A stretch of DNA of 64,000 nucleotides from Balneolales bacterium. GTDB taxonomy: Bacteria; Bacteroidota; Rhodothermia; Balneolales; Natronogracilivirgulaceae. The stretch spans positions 45-64,044 of the forward strand of contig SKNT01000026.1 in NCBI GenBank assembly GCA_007120385.1. Direction: 5' to 3'. The translations under genes and the position numbers were made by a program. The notes under the pieces were generated by a model. That model made no database searches. It was not told the DNA's origin and saw only the letters and a program-made list of their open reading frames with translations. Shown here in pieces: positions 9,015 through 19,028 of the stretch (the stretch's first letter is position 1; each line of letters opens with the position of its first letter).

Positions 9015-9554
9015 TCAGTCCTCATCAAAATTGAATCCCTCGAAATCAATGGATTCCGTGAGGGAAAGGGCAACGCTGCACATCATCACTTCCGGAGGCA
9101 GTTTGGTAAAGTCACCACCAAGGAGTGATTCATCCACATTGGCATACAAACTGCATCCCGCTTCCTTTTCAACGATCAGTCCGGATATTTTGGATCCATC
9201 CTTGCCAAAAAACGTAATCTGGTGCAACAGGTCACTGGCAACAAAAGCGGTGCAATTGTGCAGTTGGAGAAACGTATCCTGGGTGTAGACAGATATCAGG
9301 TTGGTGGGTTCCTCATCTATGAGCAGGCCCAGATGGATTTCCAGAGCCATTTTACGCCGGGTTTCCTGATCGGTGATCTCAAAGCGGTAGACATTGCCGC
9401 TTTTCTTGGGTTTTAAACCAAGAACTCCGGCAATCCTGGAAATATTCTCCTCTGTAAATTTATGAATCATCTCATCATGGGAGTTAGGCAGGGCAGATGT
9501 AGTACTGCGCGTATAATCATTAAATATACAGCTAACAAGGGAATATTGGAACAA
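9015..9554 (-). CDS. Hypothetical protein
   Basis: 179-aa ORF co-oriented with and tightly packed between the DUF2723 gene and ybeY. I recognise no motif. The start may be the internal Met at about 9470. Confidence 0.5.
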   Translation of the reverse strand: MFQYSLVSCIFNDYTRSTTSALPNSHDEMIHKFTEENISRIAGVLGLKPKKSGNVYRFEITDQETRRKMALEIHLGLLIDEEPTNLISVYTQDTFLQLHNCTAFVASDLLHQITFFGKDGSKISGLIVEKEAGCSLYANVDESLLGGDFTKLPPEVMMCSVALSLTESIDFEGFNFDED

Positions 9555-9557
9555 GTA

Positions 9558-12521
9558 TTACTCACCGAACATGCGGCTAACCCGGCGCCTGTTTTCCTCC
9601 CGGTCACGTGGAAAAGGCAAACGCTCATCAGATGCCTCCGCAATGAAATCGGCAATGGCGAGTGCATCCTGCTCCATGTCATTCATGAAGTATATTCGCT
9701 GCTTGATCATGTACCTGCTTGTCTCAAACGAAAGCTCCCGTACGATTTGCTGCCGCTCCCGGTTGAGTGACTGCAGGCGGTTCTGCACTTCACGCCGCCT
9801 GCGTGCATCCATGCGACGCCCCCCTTCATCTATCTGCCGTTCAATGCTCGCAATTTCTGCGTCTACACCGTCCAGATCCCGCAGGTAGGACCGGAACGAG
9901 ATGTCAAGATCACGCCTTGCCATTTTTGCAAGTTCCAGAGCGCGGTCATTGACATCGACCTGTGCGTAGCGGTAGGCATAATTGAGGATGGACGTCGGAT
10001 CTCCTTCGATGGAAGTAAAGGGAATATGCTCTTCTCCCCACCGGAGCCAGTATGCGGTACTGTCAGGCTGCCCGACTTCCAGGAAAGCTCCAGCCTGGCG
10101 ATTGATGATGGTTCGGTAGTTATCCATCATGCGGCGGATATTCTCGTCAAAGTAGGCCTTTTCATTATTTATCTCCCTCAGCTGGAACGATTTGAGGCGC
10201 TTCCCATGAATCCGGGTATCTATATCGTTGCCGGTGCGGAAAGGCATCACCCGGAACGCCTTGCCTTCCAGGCGGAAATAGTCCTGCAGATTCATCTGGG
10301 CATCCCTTGCTACCGTGGTGGAAAAATAAACTGGACGCACCCAGCGGTTGGTCCTCAGTATCTCAAGCACCATGTCGTCCTGTATGCGGGTGTAGTGCAA
10401 TTCGTTACCGTCCCTGTCGCGACCCAGGAAAATGCCTTCCAAATGCCAGGTTACCTGGTCATCAAATTCCTCGAGCGGCACGCCGAATCCCATCTCCTCC
10501 GGAATCTCCCGGGGCGCCCATGGGAAGTCTTCCTCACCGGAATATACCTGCAGAAGAAATTCCTTGTCCACCGGAATCGAGATATTTCCCGGACGATGGA
10601 AGTCGGAAGCCCGGCGGAACTGGAACTTGTCATTCAGACGGTCTACCTCGGAATCGGTCAGGTCGATGGGAACCGGGGGCGCTTCATGGCGCCAGAAATT
10701 TTTCATCTGCTTGATGTACCACTCGGTATTCAGCAGACTCAAATTGACCACGCGCACATCGGTCCGGATTCCTTCAACCTCCTGCAGATACCAGAGCGGG
10801 AAAGTGTCATTGTCGCCATTGGTGAAGAGAATGGAGTAGGGAGCCGTGCTGTTAAGCAGGTTGTAAGCATAGTCTGGAGCCACGTATCTGAGGCTTCTAT
10901 CGTTATTTTTGTAAGTCTGGGTTCCAACCAGCACGGGCAAGACGAGCAAAGACACAGCGAGCACGCCATATGCGGCATACTGGTTGGATTTAAGGTAGTG
11001 TTTCACCAGTTCCACAAGGCCGGTTACGCCCAGCCCGATCCAGATGGAGAACGCGAAGAAGGAGCCCGTATATGAGTAATCCCGTTCCCTGGGCTGAAAA
11101 GGCGTCTGGTTTAGGTAGGCGACGATTGCAAGTCCGGTCGCGGCAAAAAGAACAAGGACGGCAAGGGCCCGTTTCCAATCCTTTCTAAAGTGAAAGAACA
11201 TGCCTATGAGTCCAATAGCAAAGGGAAAATAGAAGAAGCGGTTGTGAGCACGATTATGTGAGAGGTCGCTTTGTCCAAACCCTGAGATCCACCTCGCATC
11301 CTGCAGGTCGCTGTCCCTTCCAATGAAGTTCCATGCAAAATACCGGAGGTACATGTGGTTGATCTGATAGCTAACGAAAAAATGCAGATCACTGCGGTAT
11401 TGTGCGTACTTCTGCTGGTGCCTTTGATCGGGTGAATAACGCCGCGGGAATAATTTGGGGTTGTCCCGGTCAATGCCGCCGATTTCGTTGCGATAGCTTT
11501 CGCCGCGCAGCAACGGCTGTTGTCCGTACTGTTCCCGTTTCAGATAGCTTATGAAGGCATCCACAGTGTCAGGTGAATTCTGGTCGATGGCGGGATCAAC
11601 TTGCGAGCGGATGTAGAGCATTGAATAGCTGGAGTATCCGATCAGGATCAGCAGGTATCCCAGCAGCACAATATTGGCGGCCCGGTAGTTTTTTTTGTGC
11701 GTATAGTAAATTCCATATACAATCAACCCGCTAAATAGTATCAGAAAAGCCAAGGGTCCGAGCATGCCTCCGGTTAGATCGGCGAATGAACCTGCCAGTG
11801 CCGGAAGCTGGATGATGGTAAGGGGATAAATCAGGAAAAAGACGCCGATGGTGATGGCGGAAGCGACGGCAAAAGAAACAACCTGAAATTCATACTTCCG
11901 GAAATAGATGATTAGCCCGACAAAAAAGATGGCCAGCAGACTGAGCAGGTGGACTCCAAAGGCAAGACCAAAAAGAAATGTTATCAGTAGCAGCCATCGC
12001 TCATTGCGCAGGTTGGTGTGATTCTCCGACCATTTCAGTACCAGCCAGACTACCAGGGCTGTGAACGTGAGAGACAGGGCGTAGGTTTCCGCTTCAATGG
12101 AGGTGAACCAGTGGCTGTCGGTAACCGAAAAAGTAAGTGCACCGACAAGACCGCCGCCGTAAAGGCCGATCCGGTCAATAAGCGGATAATCATCCACCAC
12201 GTATCCACGAAACTCCCTGATAAACCGCACTATAATCAGATACAGGAGCATGATGGTTGTGGCGGAGGCCAACGCACTCATCAGGTTGATCATGTATGCG
12301 GCAGACAAGGGACCCACAAACATGGAAAAAACTCGACCGAGCAGCAGGTAAAAGGGGGTTCCCGGCGGATGCGGGATTTGCAGGCCATATGCGCAGGCAA
12401 TTCGTTCGCTGCAATCCCAGAAGCTGGCAGTGGGAGGAAGCGTCAACATGTAAAGGATCAGGGCTACAAGAAAGGAGAATGCAGCAAAAGCCTTGTTGAG
12501 CGATTTATGGTCCGTTGGCAT
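9558..12521 (-). CDS. DUF2723 (TMEM260-like) GT-C-fold membrane protein with a large C-terminal soluble domain
   Basis: N-terminal PPTASFWDCSERIACAYGLQIPHPPGTPFYLLLGRVF is typical of DUF2723. About 11 or more predicted TM helices cover the first ~560 aa, followed by ~420 aa of soluble helical domain. Confidence 0.8.
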   Translation of the reverse strand: MPTDHKSLNKAFAAFSFLVALILYMLTLPPTASFWDCSERIACAYGLQIPHPPGTPFYLLLGRVFSMFVGPLSAAYMINLMSALASATTIMLLYLIIVRFIREFRGYVVDDYPLIDRIGLYGGGLVGALTFSVTDSHWFTSIEAETYALSLTFTALVVWLVLKWSENHTNLRNERWLLLITFLFGLAFGVHLLSLLAIFFVGLIIYFRKYEFQVVSFAVASAITIGVFFLIYPLTIIQLPALAGSFADLTGGMLGPLAFLILFSGLIVYGIYYTHKKNYRAANIVLLGYLLILIGYSSYSMLYIRSQVDPAIDQNSPDTVDAFISYLKREQYGQQPLLRGESYRNEIGGIDRDNPKLFPRRYSPDQRHQQKYAQYRSDLHFFVSYQINHMYLRYFAWNFIGRDSDLQDARWISGFGQSDLSHNRAHNRFFYFPFAIGLIGMFFHFRKDWKRALAVLVLFAATGLAIVAYLNQTPFQPRERDYSYTGSFFAFSIWIGLGVTGLVELVKHYLKSNQYAAYGVLAVSLLVLPVLVGTQTYKNNDRSLRYVAPDYAYNLLNSTAPYSILFTNGDNDTFPLWYLQEVEGIRTDVRVVNLSLLNTEWYIKQMKNFWRHEAPPVPIDLTDSEVDRLNDKFQFRRASDFHRPGNISIPVDKEFLLQVYSGEEDFPWAPREIPEEMGFGVPLEEFDDQVTWHLEGIFLGRDRDGNELHYTRIQDDMVLEILRTNRWVRPVYFSTTVARDAQMNLQDYFRLEGKAFRVMPFRTGNDIDTRIHGKRLKSFQLREINNEKAYFDENIRRMMDNYRTIINRQAGAFLEVGQPDSTAYWLRWGEEHIPFTSIEGDPTSILNYAYRYAQVDVNDRALELAKMARRDLDISFRSYLRDLDGVDAEIASIERQIDEGGRRMDARRRREVQNRLQSLNRERQQIVRELSFETSRYMIKQRIYFMNDMEQDALAIADFIAEASDERLPFPRDREENRRRVSRMFGE

Positions 12522-12753
12522 TGTATGGTTTATTTGTAAAGAATGGGAAAAATCCCAAATTTGCAGAAACTGTCACAGCTTACAATAATAGGAAGAGCTG
12601 ATCCATTTATCAAAGCACATTTTATCGATTTTTATGAAAATACCTGCGATTTCTTGCGTCTTTCATTCATGCCGCCGATGGTCTGTTCAAACGGATGCGG
12701 ATGGTCCGCCTGATGCCGGAGCAAACGACAATGGATCAGCTGAAGAAGCATCC

Positions 12754-15297
12754 ATGAACAAAAAAAACGTTCTTTCTGCCCTGGTTATTTTTACAATTCT
12801 CGCAACTTCGTGCGCACCATTTTTTTGGGAGGAGATGTACGAGGAGGATGTTCCCGGCCAGGAAGAATGGGTGATTCCCGATGGACCGATGCAGGTTTTG
12901 AGGGAAAGGACGTGGGACCTTCATCACCAGAAACTTCGGGTAAGGTTCCAGTTTGAGATGGAGCAGGTGCTGGGTGAAACGGAAATGCTCTTTACCAGCA
13001 TGCAGGAGCAATCGGAACTTGTATTTGATGCAAAAACCATGGAGTTCGACTCCATCTACGACGTTCGGGCGGGCCGCAAATTTGACTATGCTCAGGACTC
13101 TGCGATCGTGACTGTTCAGCTTGGCCGTCAGTTCGACGAAGGGGATACCCTGGCGCTGGGTATCTCCTTTGTGTCAACACCCCCGCAGCGGGGCCTTTAC
13201 TTTGTAAACCCGAGGGGTGAGGATCCGGTTAAACCGACCCAAATATGGACACTGGGACAGCCCGAGGACAACAGTTTCTGGTTTCCAACCATTGATCATC
13301 CGGCCGAGCGGGCTACGCAGGAAACGTGGATATCGGTTCCTGACCGTTTCAAGACACTTTCCAACGGATTGCTGCTGGACAGCCGCATCCTTCCGGGGGA
13401 TTCACTGCGCACGGACTTCTGGAGGCTGCATCAGCCCCATGCGCCCTATCTGTTCGTGCTTGCCGTCGGGGAATACGAAATTGTTGAAGAGAAAAAAGGA
13501 GACGTGCTCTATCGCTACTATGTCGAACATGAATTTGTGAACACTGTAGATTTGATTTACAAAAATACCGCTGACATGGTAGCTTTTTCGGAAGAGGTCA
13601 CGGGAGTGCCCTGGCCCTGGGACCCGGTATACAGCCAGGCCCCCGTGCATGATTTCATAGCCCGCGGCATGGAGAACACCACGGCAACTCTTCTTTACGA
13701 TGCCGTTCAATTCGATCTCAGGGCCTCGCAGGATCTTTCCAACCAGGACCTGATCATGCATGAGGTCATCCATCAGTGGTTCGGCAACCTTGTTACCTGT
13801 AAAGACTGGGCAAATTTGCCACTCAATGAAGGATTTGCCAATTATTTCGAATCGGCATACCGCCTTCACAAAGACGGCCGGGAGGAGTATCTGTGGCAAA
13901 ATCACAATGACCGGCTGCGCTATTTTACCGAAGCCGCAAGCTACCGCCGTCCCGTCATTTTCTACAAATACGATGAACCAGAGGACATGTATGACCGCCA
14001 TACGTATCAAAAAGCAGGACAGGTTTTGCGCATGCTTCACGACTACCTGGGTGATGAGATGTGGTGGAAGGGTGTGCGGCTCTGGCTGGACCGGCACGCA
14101 TTCGACTCCGTTGATGTCTTTGATTTTCAAAGTGTCTTTGAGGATGTTAGCGGGATGGATTTGTATCCCTTTATTGATCAATGGTTTTTGAAGCCCGGGC
14201 ACCCCTATCTTGAACTTTCTCACGAAATCCAGGGCAACCACGCCGAACTTCTGGTGCGGCAGGTTCATGACACCCTCCGGCAGCCTCATTTTACAATGTT
14301 CCCCGAAGTACTTGTAGTGACAGCGGGAGGGGAGATGCGGGAAAGAGTCCGCATTGACGGGCCGGAACAGGTGTTCCAGTTTGAATCCAATCATGAAATA
14401 CTGGATGTCATTGTGGATCCGGAGAGGGTTCAGCTTGCAGAGTATTTTCGTGACATATCCATGAGTTCCCTGATGCGCCGCCTTCAGAGTGAGTATCTTC
14501 TGGTACGGGCTGAAGCGCTGTCCCTGGCGCAGGATTTCATGGAATACCGGACCATCAGGGATTATATTGCCCAAATGGCCCGGGAGGATTCGTTTTGGGG
14601 GATCCGGATGACGGCATTCGGGCTTTTATCCGATTATGTCTGGCTTTACGATCCCGGGGATGTACTCCCAGTGGCATTCCACGCTGTTTATGAAAACGAA
14701 CCGAACCATCATGTTCGCCGGGAGGCTTTGAATGTTTTGCGCAATTTGGAAATAAGTGATGACAATATGCATGATAAATTATTGCATCACATAACCGGAA
14801 TGATGGCTGACACCAGCTATTTCGTGGTGTCCACCGCCATTATTTCGGCCGGGGAGTTGTTTCCCGAGCATGCTCCCGAACTGGTTTCACCATTCGCACG
14901 TATGGAGTCTTATCAGGATGTCATTAAAAACGCAGCAGCCCGGGCTATGATCCTGTCAGGTCAGAAATCCGCCCTGGATGTGCTTATTGAACTGGCCGAG
15001 GATCCCGGAGAGCGAAGATACCGGGGACTTGCATTGTCGCATCTGCTGGAAAACGCACGAACCCTGGATGATGATGCATCAGTTCAGGTGGCACAGCTTT
15101 TTGGCCGGGTCATCCATGATCCAATCAAAGCTTACCGCAAGATGGCCTATGAGGCGATTGGCGAGATCGGAGCCACAGGCTACCTTGAGGAGTTGAAAAA
15201 AATCCAGGAGGAAAGGATCACTGATGTGGATGAGCGTCGTGCCCTCAAGGATGCCATCCGTGTTCTGGAATACAACAAAATATTGGAGAAGCCCTGA
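12754..15297 (+). CDS. M1 family zinc aminopeptidase (aminopeptidase N-like), probable lipoprotein
   Basis: GMENTT exopeptidase motif, HEVIHQWFGNLVT zinc motif and NEGFANYFE. I prefer the ATG at 12754 (MNKKNVLSALVIFTILATSC, lipobox) over the track start at 12634. Confidence 0.87.
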   Translation: MNKKNVLSALVIFTILATSCAPFFWEEMYEEDVPGQEEWVIPDGPMQVLRERTWDLHHQKLRVRFQFEMEQVLGETEMLFTSMQEQSELVFDAKTMEFDSIYDVRAGRKFDYAQDSAIVTVQLGRQFDEGDTLALGISFVSTPPQRGLYFVNPRGEDPVKPTQIWTLGQPEDNSFWFPTIDHPAERATQETWISVPDRFKTLSNGLLLDSRILPGDSLRTDFWRLHQPHAPYLFVLAVGEYEIVEEKKGDVLYRYYVEHEFVNTVDLIYKNTADMVAFSEEVTGVPWPWDPVYSQAPVHDFIARGMENTTATLLYDAVQFDLRASQDLSNQDLIMHEVIHQWFGNLVTCKDWANLPLNEGFANYFESAYRLHKDGREEYLWQNHNDRLRYFTEAASYRRPVIFYKYDEPEDMYDRHTYQKAGQVLRMLHDYLGDEMWWKGVRLWLDRHAFDSVDVFDFQSVFEDVSGMDLYPFIDQWFLKPGHPYLELSHEIQGNHAELLVRQVHDTLRQPHFTMFPEVLVVTAGGEMRERVRIDGPEQVFQFESNHEILDVIVDPERVQLAEYFRDISMSSLMRRLQSEYLLVRAEALSLAQDFMEYRTIRDYIAQMAREDSFWGIRMTAFGLLSDYVWLYDPGDVLPVAFHAVYENEPNHHVRREALNVLRNLEISDDNMHDKLLHHITGMMADTSYFVVSTAIISAGELFPEHAPELVSPFARMESYQDVIKNAAARAMILSGQKSALDVLIELAEDPGERRYRGLALSHLLENARTLDDDASVQVAQLFGRVIHDPIKAYRKMAYEAIGEIGATGYLEELKKIQEERITDVDERRALKDAIRVLEYNKILEKP

Positions 15298-15483
15298 GCG
15301 ATGCCGGTGTGAATGACCGCACCGGACTGCGGATGTGTGGCTGATGATGGATGAAGCAATACACATATGTCGCATAATTAATATTATGTAAAGTTGGATG
15401 TCTGTCAATGATGCGATACATTATCAATCCAACCGCTCTTTCTATCGATCAAACGTTTCTTACTCTCCCCGCTTCACAGGGTA

Positions 15484-16131
15484 TTACACGAACCAGGTCT
15501 CCTTGCGCTGCTCCTGATCCAGCAAGCGGTCTTCAATATTGTTGACCTGATTGTAACCGACAGTGATGATCAATATACCGCAGCTCGTCAGAAGCATCCA
15601 TGCATAAGCTGGCAAAGTAAAAACGGACTCTGGGGTCCAGTACAACACATATGTGACGGCAAAAAAGAATACTCCCACAAGCATGTAGGCATATTCACTG
15701 TTATTTTGCGATTTGAATCCATAGATGAGCAGCCCGATCAGCAGCGCACTGCCCTGGTACAGGGCCAGAGCCCACTGCTTAACCACTACCGTTTCAATGA
15801 TGAGCGGATAGACCAGGATCAGTACCAGCGGGAAAAAAGTAAAGGACTTGGGGAATTTAGAAAAGGCAGGCTTGAAATCACGCACAAGTGCCGCGGCAGC
15901 GGTCAGCAGAAAAGAAACGGAAAATATCGTTGACCATTCTCCTATGAAGACCGGATCCAGAACAGGGAAAAAAATCGCCAGGAATGAGGAAACACCGATT
16001 ATTGCCAAAAAAATTGCCGATGTGCCCAAACAGAAATGAAATATCCTCTTCCCCAGGGAATACAGACGAAAAAAATTGATTGTGGCGTAGAAGGATACAA
16101 TAAAAAGAATGATTCCAGATAAGCCGGTCAT
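15484..16131 (-). CDS. Polytopic membrane protein, unknown function
   Basis: 215 aa with 6-7 hydrophobic segments. I recognise no family. Confidence 0.55.
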   Translation of the reverse strand: MTGLSGIILFIVSFYATINFFRLYSLGKRIFHFCLGTSAIFLAIIGVSSFLAIFFPVLDPVFIGEWSTIFSVSFLLTAAAALVRDFKPAFSKFPKSFTFFPLVLILVYPLIIETVVVKQWALALYQGSALLIGLLIYGFKSQNNSEYAYMLVGVFFFAVTYVLYWTPESVFTLPAYAWMLLTSCGILIITVGYNQVNNIEDRLLDQEQRKETWFV

Positions 16132-16235
16132 GTGGTTAAATTATTTGTGGACGTGAAATAAATGGTAAAATAAATCATTTTATTTACAATAAATGGCAGC
16201 GGTGTTTACAAATAGCACAGAAATGCTATCGCAAG

Positions 16236-16814
16236 TCAGCCTGCATTATGCCGTTCCATATCCATTGCAAGCATCCTTTCAGCGATCATCTTCAACTGCT
16301 TTCTGTCATATCGGACCATGAGCGAGATCAGTCCGGATATACTTTCCTTCCCTTCCTTAAATACAATGGTTCGTTCAAAGTCTTTTTTATCAAGATTTTC
16401 CAGAATATGTAAAACATCCATCCGCTTCTTTATCAGACTGTCCAGCAGCAATTCGGGCTCATCCACCGTGGATCGTACCTTCCCAAGGTGCGTTTCAAAC
16501 TCCAAGCTTTTCACTTCGCCGGCATCCGGGGTCGCCTTTCCCAGGCTTCCGAAAACGGGCAGAAAAAAAAGATCGGCAGCCTTCCCGATCCTTGCAAGCA
16601 TATCGAGAACGGATTCCTGGCCCATTGGGCGATCCAGATATGGCACATCCCGGAGCATGTGTTTCAATGTCGCAAGTTCATCCACCAGCCAGGCGGCATC
16701 TCTAACAATTTGGCTGTGGTCTGTGGTATCCATTTTCTTATCCGCTCGATTTATGGAATCTTTGGACCCGCGCCGTCGGTTCCGGGCCATCCCGCGGGTC
16801 GGTTCACGGGTCAA
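16236..16814 (-). CDS. Hypothetical protein
   Basis: 192-aa ORF immediately downstream of nuoI. An alternative start is the Met at 16733 (MDTTDHSQ...). The protein looks helical and I recognise no motif. Confidence 0.45.
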   Translation of the reverse strand: MTREPTRGMARNRRRGSKDSINRADKKMDTTDHSQIVRDAAWLVDELATLKHMLRDVPYLDRPMGQESVLDMLARIGKAADLFFLPVFGSLGKATPDAGEVKSLEFETHLGKVRSTVDEPELLLDSLIKKRMDVLHILENLDKKDFERTIVFKEGKESISGLISLMVRYDRKQLKMIAERMLAMDMERHNAG

Positions 16815-16815
16815 C

Positions 16816-17502
16816 TCAATCCCGCTTGAGTTCCGGCTGACTTCCTTGTTTCCGCTGTTCTTCGATCATTTCCACCAGTGACAAGCTGGTTTCCCACCGC
16901 TTGTCGCGGTTGCGTACGGAGTGGATGTTGTTCTCTTCATCAAAATTCCAGAACTGGCCGAACTGCCTGTTCTTGTACTCCCTGAGGTATTCCAGGCGAT
17001 CCTTGAGTTCCTCTTTCGAAACCAGCAGTTTTGACTTGTCATAGACGGCCTCTTCCCTTGTTTCGAAGACAAGATCGTAATCCTTGCTCATTACAATGGC
17101 CTCTTCCGGACATACCTCCTCGCAGTACCCGCAATAAATGCAGCGAAGCATGTTTATTTCAAAGAAGTCGGGATACCGCTCCTTCGGATCGTCGCTGTTT
17201 TCAGATGCCTGCATGCTGATGGCAAGCGGCGGACAGGCACGGGCGCACAAGCCGCAGGCCACGCACCGCTCCTGTCCTTCATCCTCGACCAGGACCGGCC
17301 GTCCGCGAAATATGGATGGCGGATCAAACCGTTCTTCAGGATACTGCATGGTGAATTTCGGCTGGAACATCTGTTTCAGTGTATACAGCATCCCCCGGAA
17401 TATTTCCGGGAAGTAGATCCTTTCAAAAAAGTTCAGTGACCGTTCCCTGGCGGGATCGCTCACTTTGGCATTGGTTCTTGGTATCTCGAGATTGTCAGAC
17501 AT
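16816..17502 (-). CDS. nuoI: NADH-quinone oxidoreductase subunit I (Nqo9) with a C-terminal extension
   Basis: Two 4Fe-4S motifs, [12 protein letters not shown] and [12 protein letters not shown]. 228 aa, with roughly 60-70 aa beyond the ferredoxin core. No other nuo genes are in the window. Confidence 0.87.
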   Translation of the reverse strand: MSDNLEIPRTNAKVSDPARERSLNFFERIYFPEIFRGMLYTLKQMFQPKFTMQYPEERFDPPSIFRGRPVLVEDEGQERCVACGLCARACPPLAISMQASENSDDPKERYPDFFEINMLRCIYCGYCEEVCPEEAIVMSKDYDLVFETREEAVYDKSKLLVSKEELKDRLEYLREYKNRQFGQFWNFDEENNIHSVRNRDKRWETSLSLVEMIEEQRKQGSQPELKRD

Positions 17503-17626
17503 GGGTTATCACGTGTGGCAGTTTGAAAATTGGCTTTCGGAAATGCCTGTTTCCGGACATACCCAAAAATAACGCATGTGCTTGTTCCATCAAAGAAATC
17601 TGTCAGTTTATGCGGAATAAATGTGG

Positions 17627-18934
17627 TTATTTATCCTTAAAAACCATGGTGACAGGTACGCCCTTGAACTCAAACCGCATGCGCAGCTGATTCTCAATAT
17701 ATCGCCTGTAGTTCGCAGGAAGTTCCCTGGGCATATTCATGAAGAATACAAAAACAGGCGGACGGTGTTTCACCTGGGTGACATATTTTATGGTAAGTTG
17801 GTGTCCCCTTGCGTAAGGAAGCGGACGCTGGTCTGTAATTTCCTTGAGAAAGCGGTTGAGCTCGGAAGTGGAGATTTTTTTTTCACGATGTTCAAGCACC
17901 TCATCCGCTTCGTCAATCACGCGGTGAATCCGCTGTCCGGACATGGCCGATATGGTGATCACGGGAACGTACTTGAGGTTGGGGACCTTTCTGTAAATGG
18001 TTTCCATGAATTCTTTGGCCGTATTGGTCTCTTTTTCGATGAGATCCCACTTGTTCAACGCAATAATCATGCCCTTGTTGAACTGTTCTGCCTGTCGCAG
18101 CAGCCGGACATCCTGCACATGGAAGCCCTGGGAAGCATCCACCATAATAATGGCGATGTCACATTCCCGGATGCTTTTCTCGGTGCGTACAAGGCTGTAG
18201 AACTCGATGTTGTCCTGCACGCGGGATCGTTTTCGCAGGCCGGCCGTATCAACGAGCGTATAGGTCTTTCCATTGTATTCAAGAAGGCTGTTGACCGAAT
18301 CGCGTGTGGTTCCGGCAATATCGGTGACGATGCATCTTTCGTCCTTGAGTAGGGCGTTTATGAAACTGCTTTTACCTACGTTTGGCCTGCCGATAACCGC
18401 AAGTTTCGGCCATTTTTCCGATTCGGAGCCAGTTTCGGGTTCCGGCAGCATTTCAACAAGACGGTCTAGCAGCTCGCCGGTGCCGGTGCCGGACAGGGCT
18501 GAAACAGGAAAGAGGTCGTCAAAGCCCAGCCGGTAGAATTCCGGTGCCAGCATCGCCTTGTTGCTGTCATCGGATTTGTTGACGGCCAGCACGACCGGCT
18601 TTTTCTGCTTGCGAAGCAGGTCGGTGACGGCGTCGTCTTCTGTTGTGATCCCCTGCATCACATCGACTACAAAAAGGATGATATCGGCCTCACGAATGGC
18701 CAGTTCCACCTGATGGCGGATGCCTTTTACGATGGCGTCGCCCTTGTCCGGCAGATAGCCGCCGGTGTCTATGACAGTGAAGTCCCTTCCATTCCAGAAG
18801 CTTTCCCCGTAGTGCCGGTCCCTGGTGACTCCGGATTCATTATGCACAATGGCCTGCCGTTCACCGAGAAGGCGGTTGAAGAGTGTGGATTTTCCGACAT
18901 TGGGCCGGCCTACTATGGCAACAACGGGCAGCAT
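17627..18934 (-). CDS. der: Ribosome-associated GTPase Der/EngA
   Basis: Two tandem G domains (GRPNVGKSTLFNRL and GRPNVGKSSFINAL) plus a KH-like C-terminus. Confidence 0.95.
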   Translation of the reverse strand: MLPVVAIVGRPNVGKSTLFNRLLGERQAIVHNESGVTRDRHYGESFWNGRDFTVIDTGGYLPDKGDAIVKGIRHQVELAIREADIILFVVDVMQGITTEDDAVTDLLRKQKKPVVLAVNKSDDSNKAMLAPEFYRLGFDDLFPVSALSGTGTGELLDRLVEMLPEPETGSESEKWPKLAVIGRPNVGKSSFINALLKDERCIVTDIAGTTRDSVNSLLEYNGKTYTLVDTAGLRKRSRVQDNIEFYSLVRTEKSIRECDIAIIMVDASQGFHVQDVRLLRQAEQFNKGMIIALNKWDLIEKETNTAKEFMETIYRKVPNLKYVPVITISAMSGQRIHRVIDEADEVLEHREKKISTSELNRFLKEITDQRPLPYARGHQLTIKYVTQVKHRPPVFVFFMNMPRELPANYRRYIENQLRMRFEFKGVPVTMVFKDK

Positions 18935-18983
18935 GTGTACATCAAAATTAAGATGGAATATGATAATACAGGGAAAGTTTCTT

Positions 18984-18991
18984 TATCTTTG
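18984..18991 (+). promoter_or_regulatory. Candidate FCB-type -7 promoter element (TATCTTTG)
   Basis: Exact match to TAnnTTTG, 38 nt upstream of the ATG at 19029, in the der/19029 divergent spacer. Confidence 0.35.
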
Positions 18992-19028
18992 AAAAGATAC
19001 ACATCGTAATCTCAGTAAAAAAACAGAT

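Noticed and set aside
13402-14574. A 390-aa ORF antisense to the M1 aminopeptidase gene. Similar long shadow ORFs occur at 1476-2090, 5545-6219, 10026-11075, 17621-18352, 32328-33026, 50200-50976, 61091-61723 and 62665-63306.
   Set aside because: Every one of these lies in the antisense frame whose codon boundaries coincide with the sense codons (start coordinates are congruent modulo 3). In that frame, antisense stops correspond to sense TTA, CTA and TCA codons, which this genome evidently avoids. The translations are low-complexity and carry no recognisable motifs, while the sense-strand products have strong family signatures.
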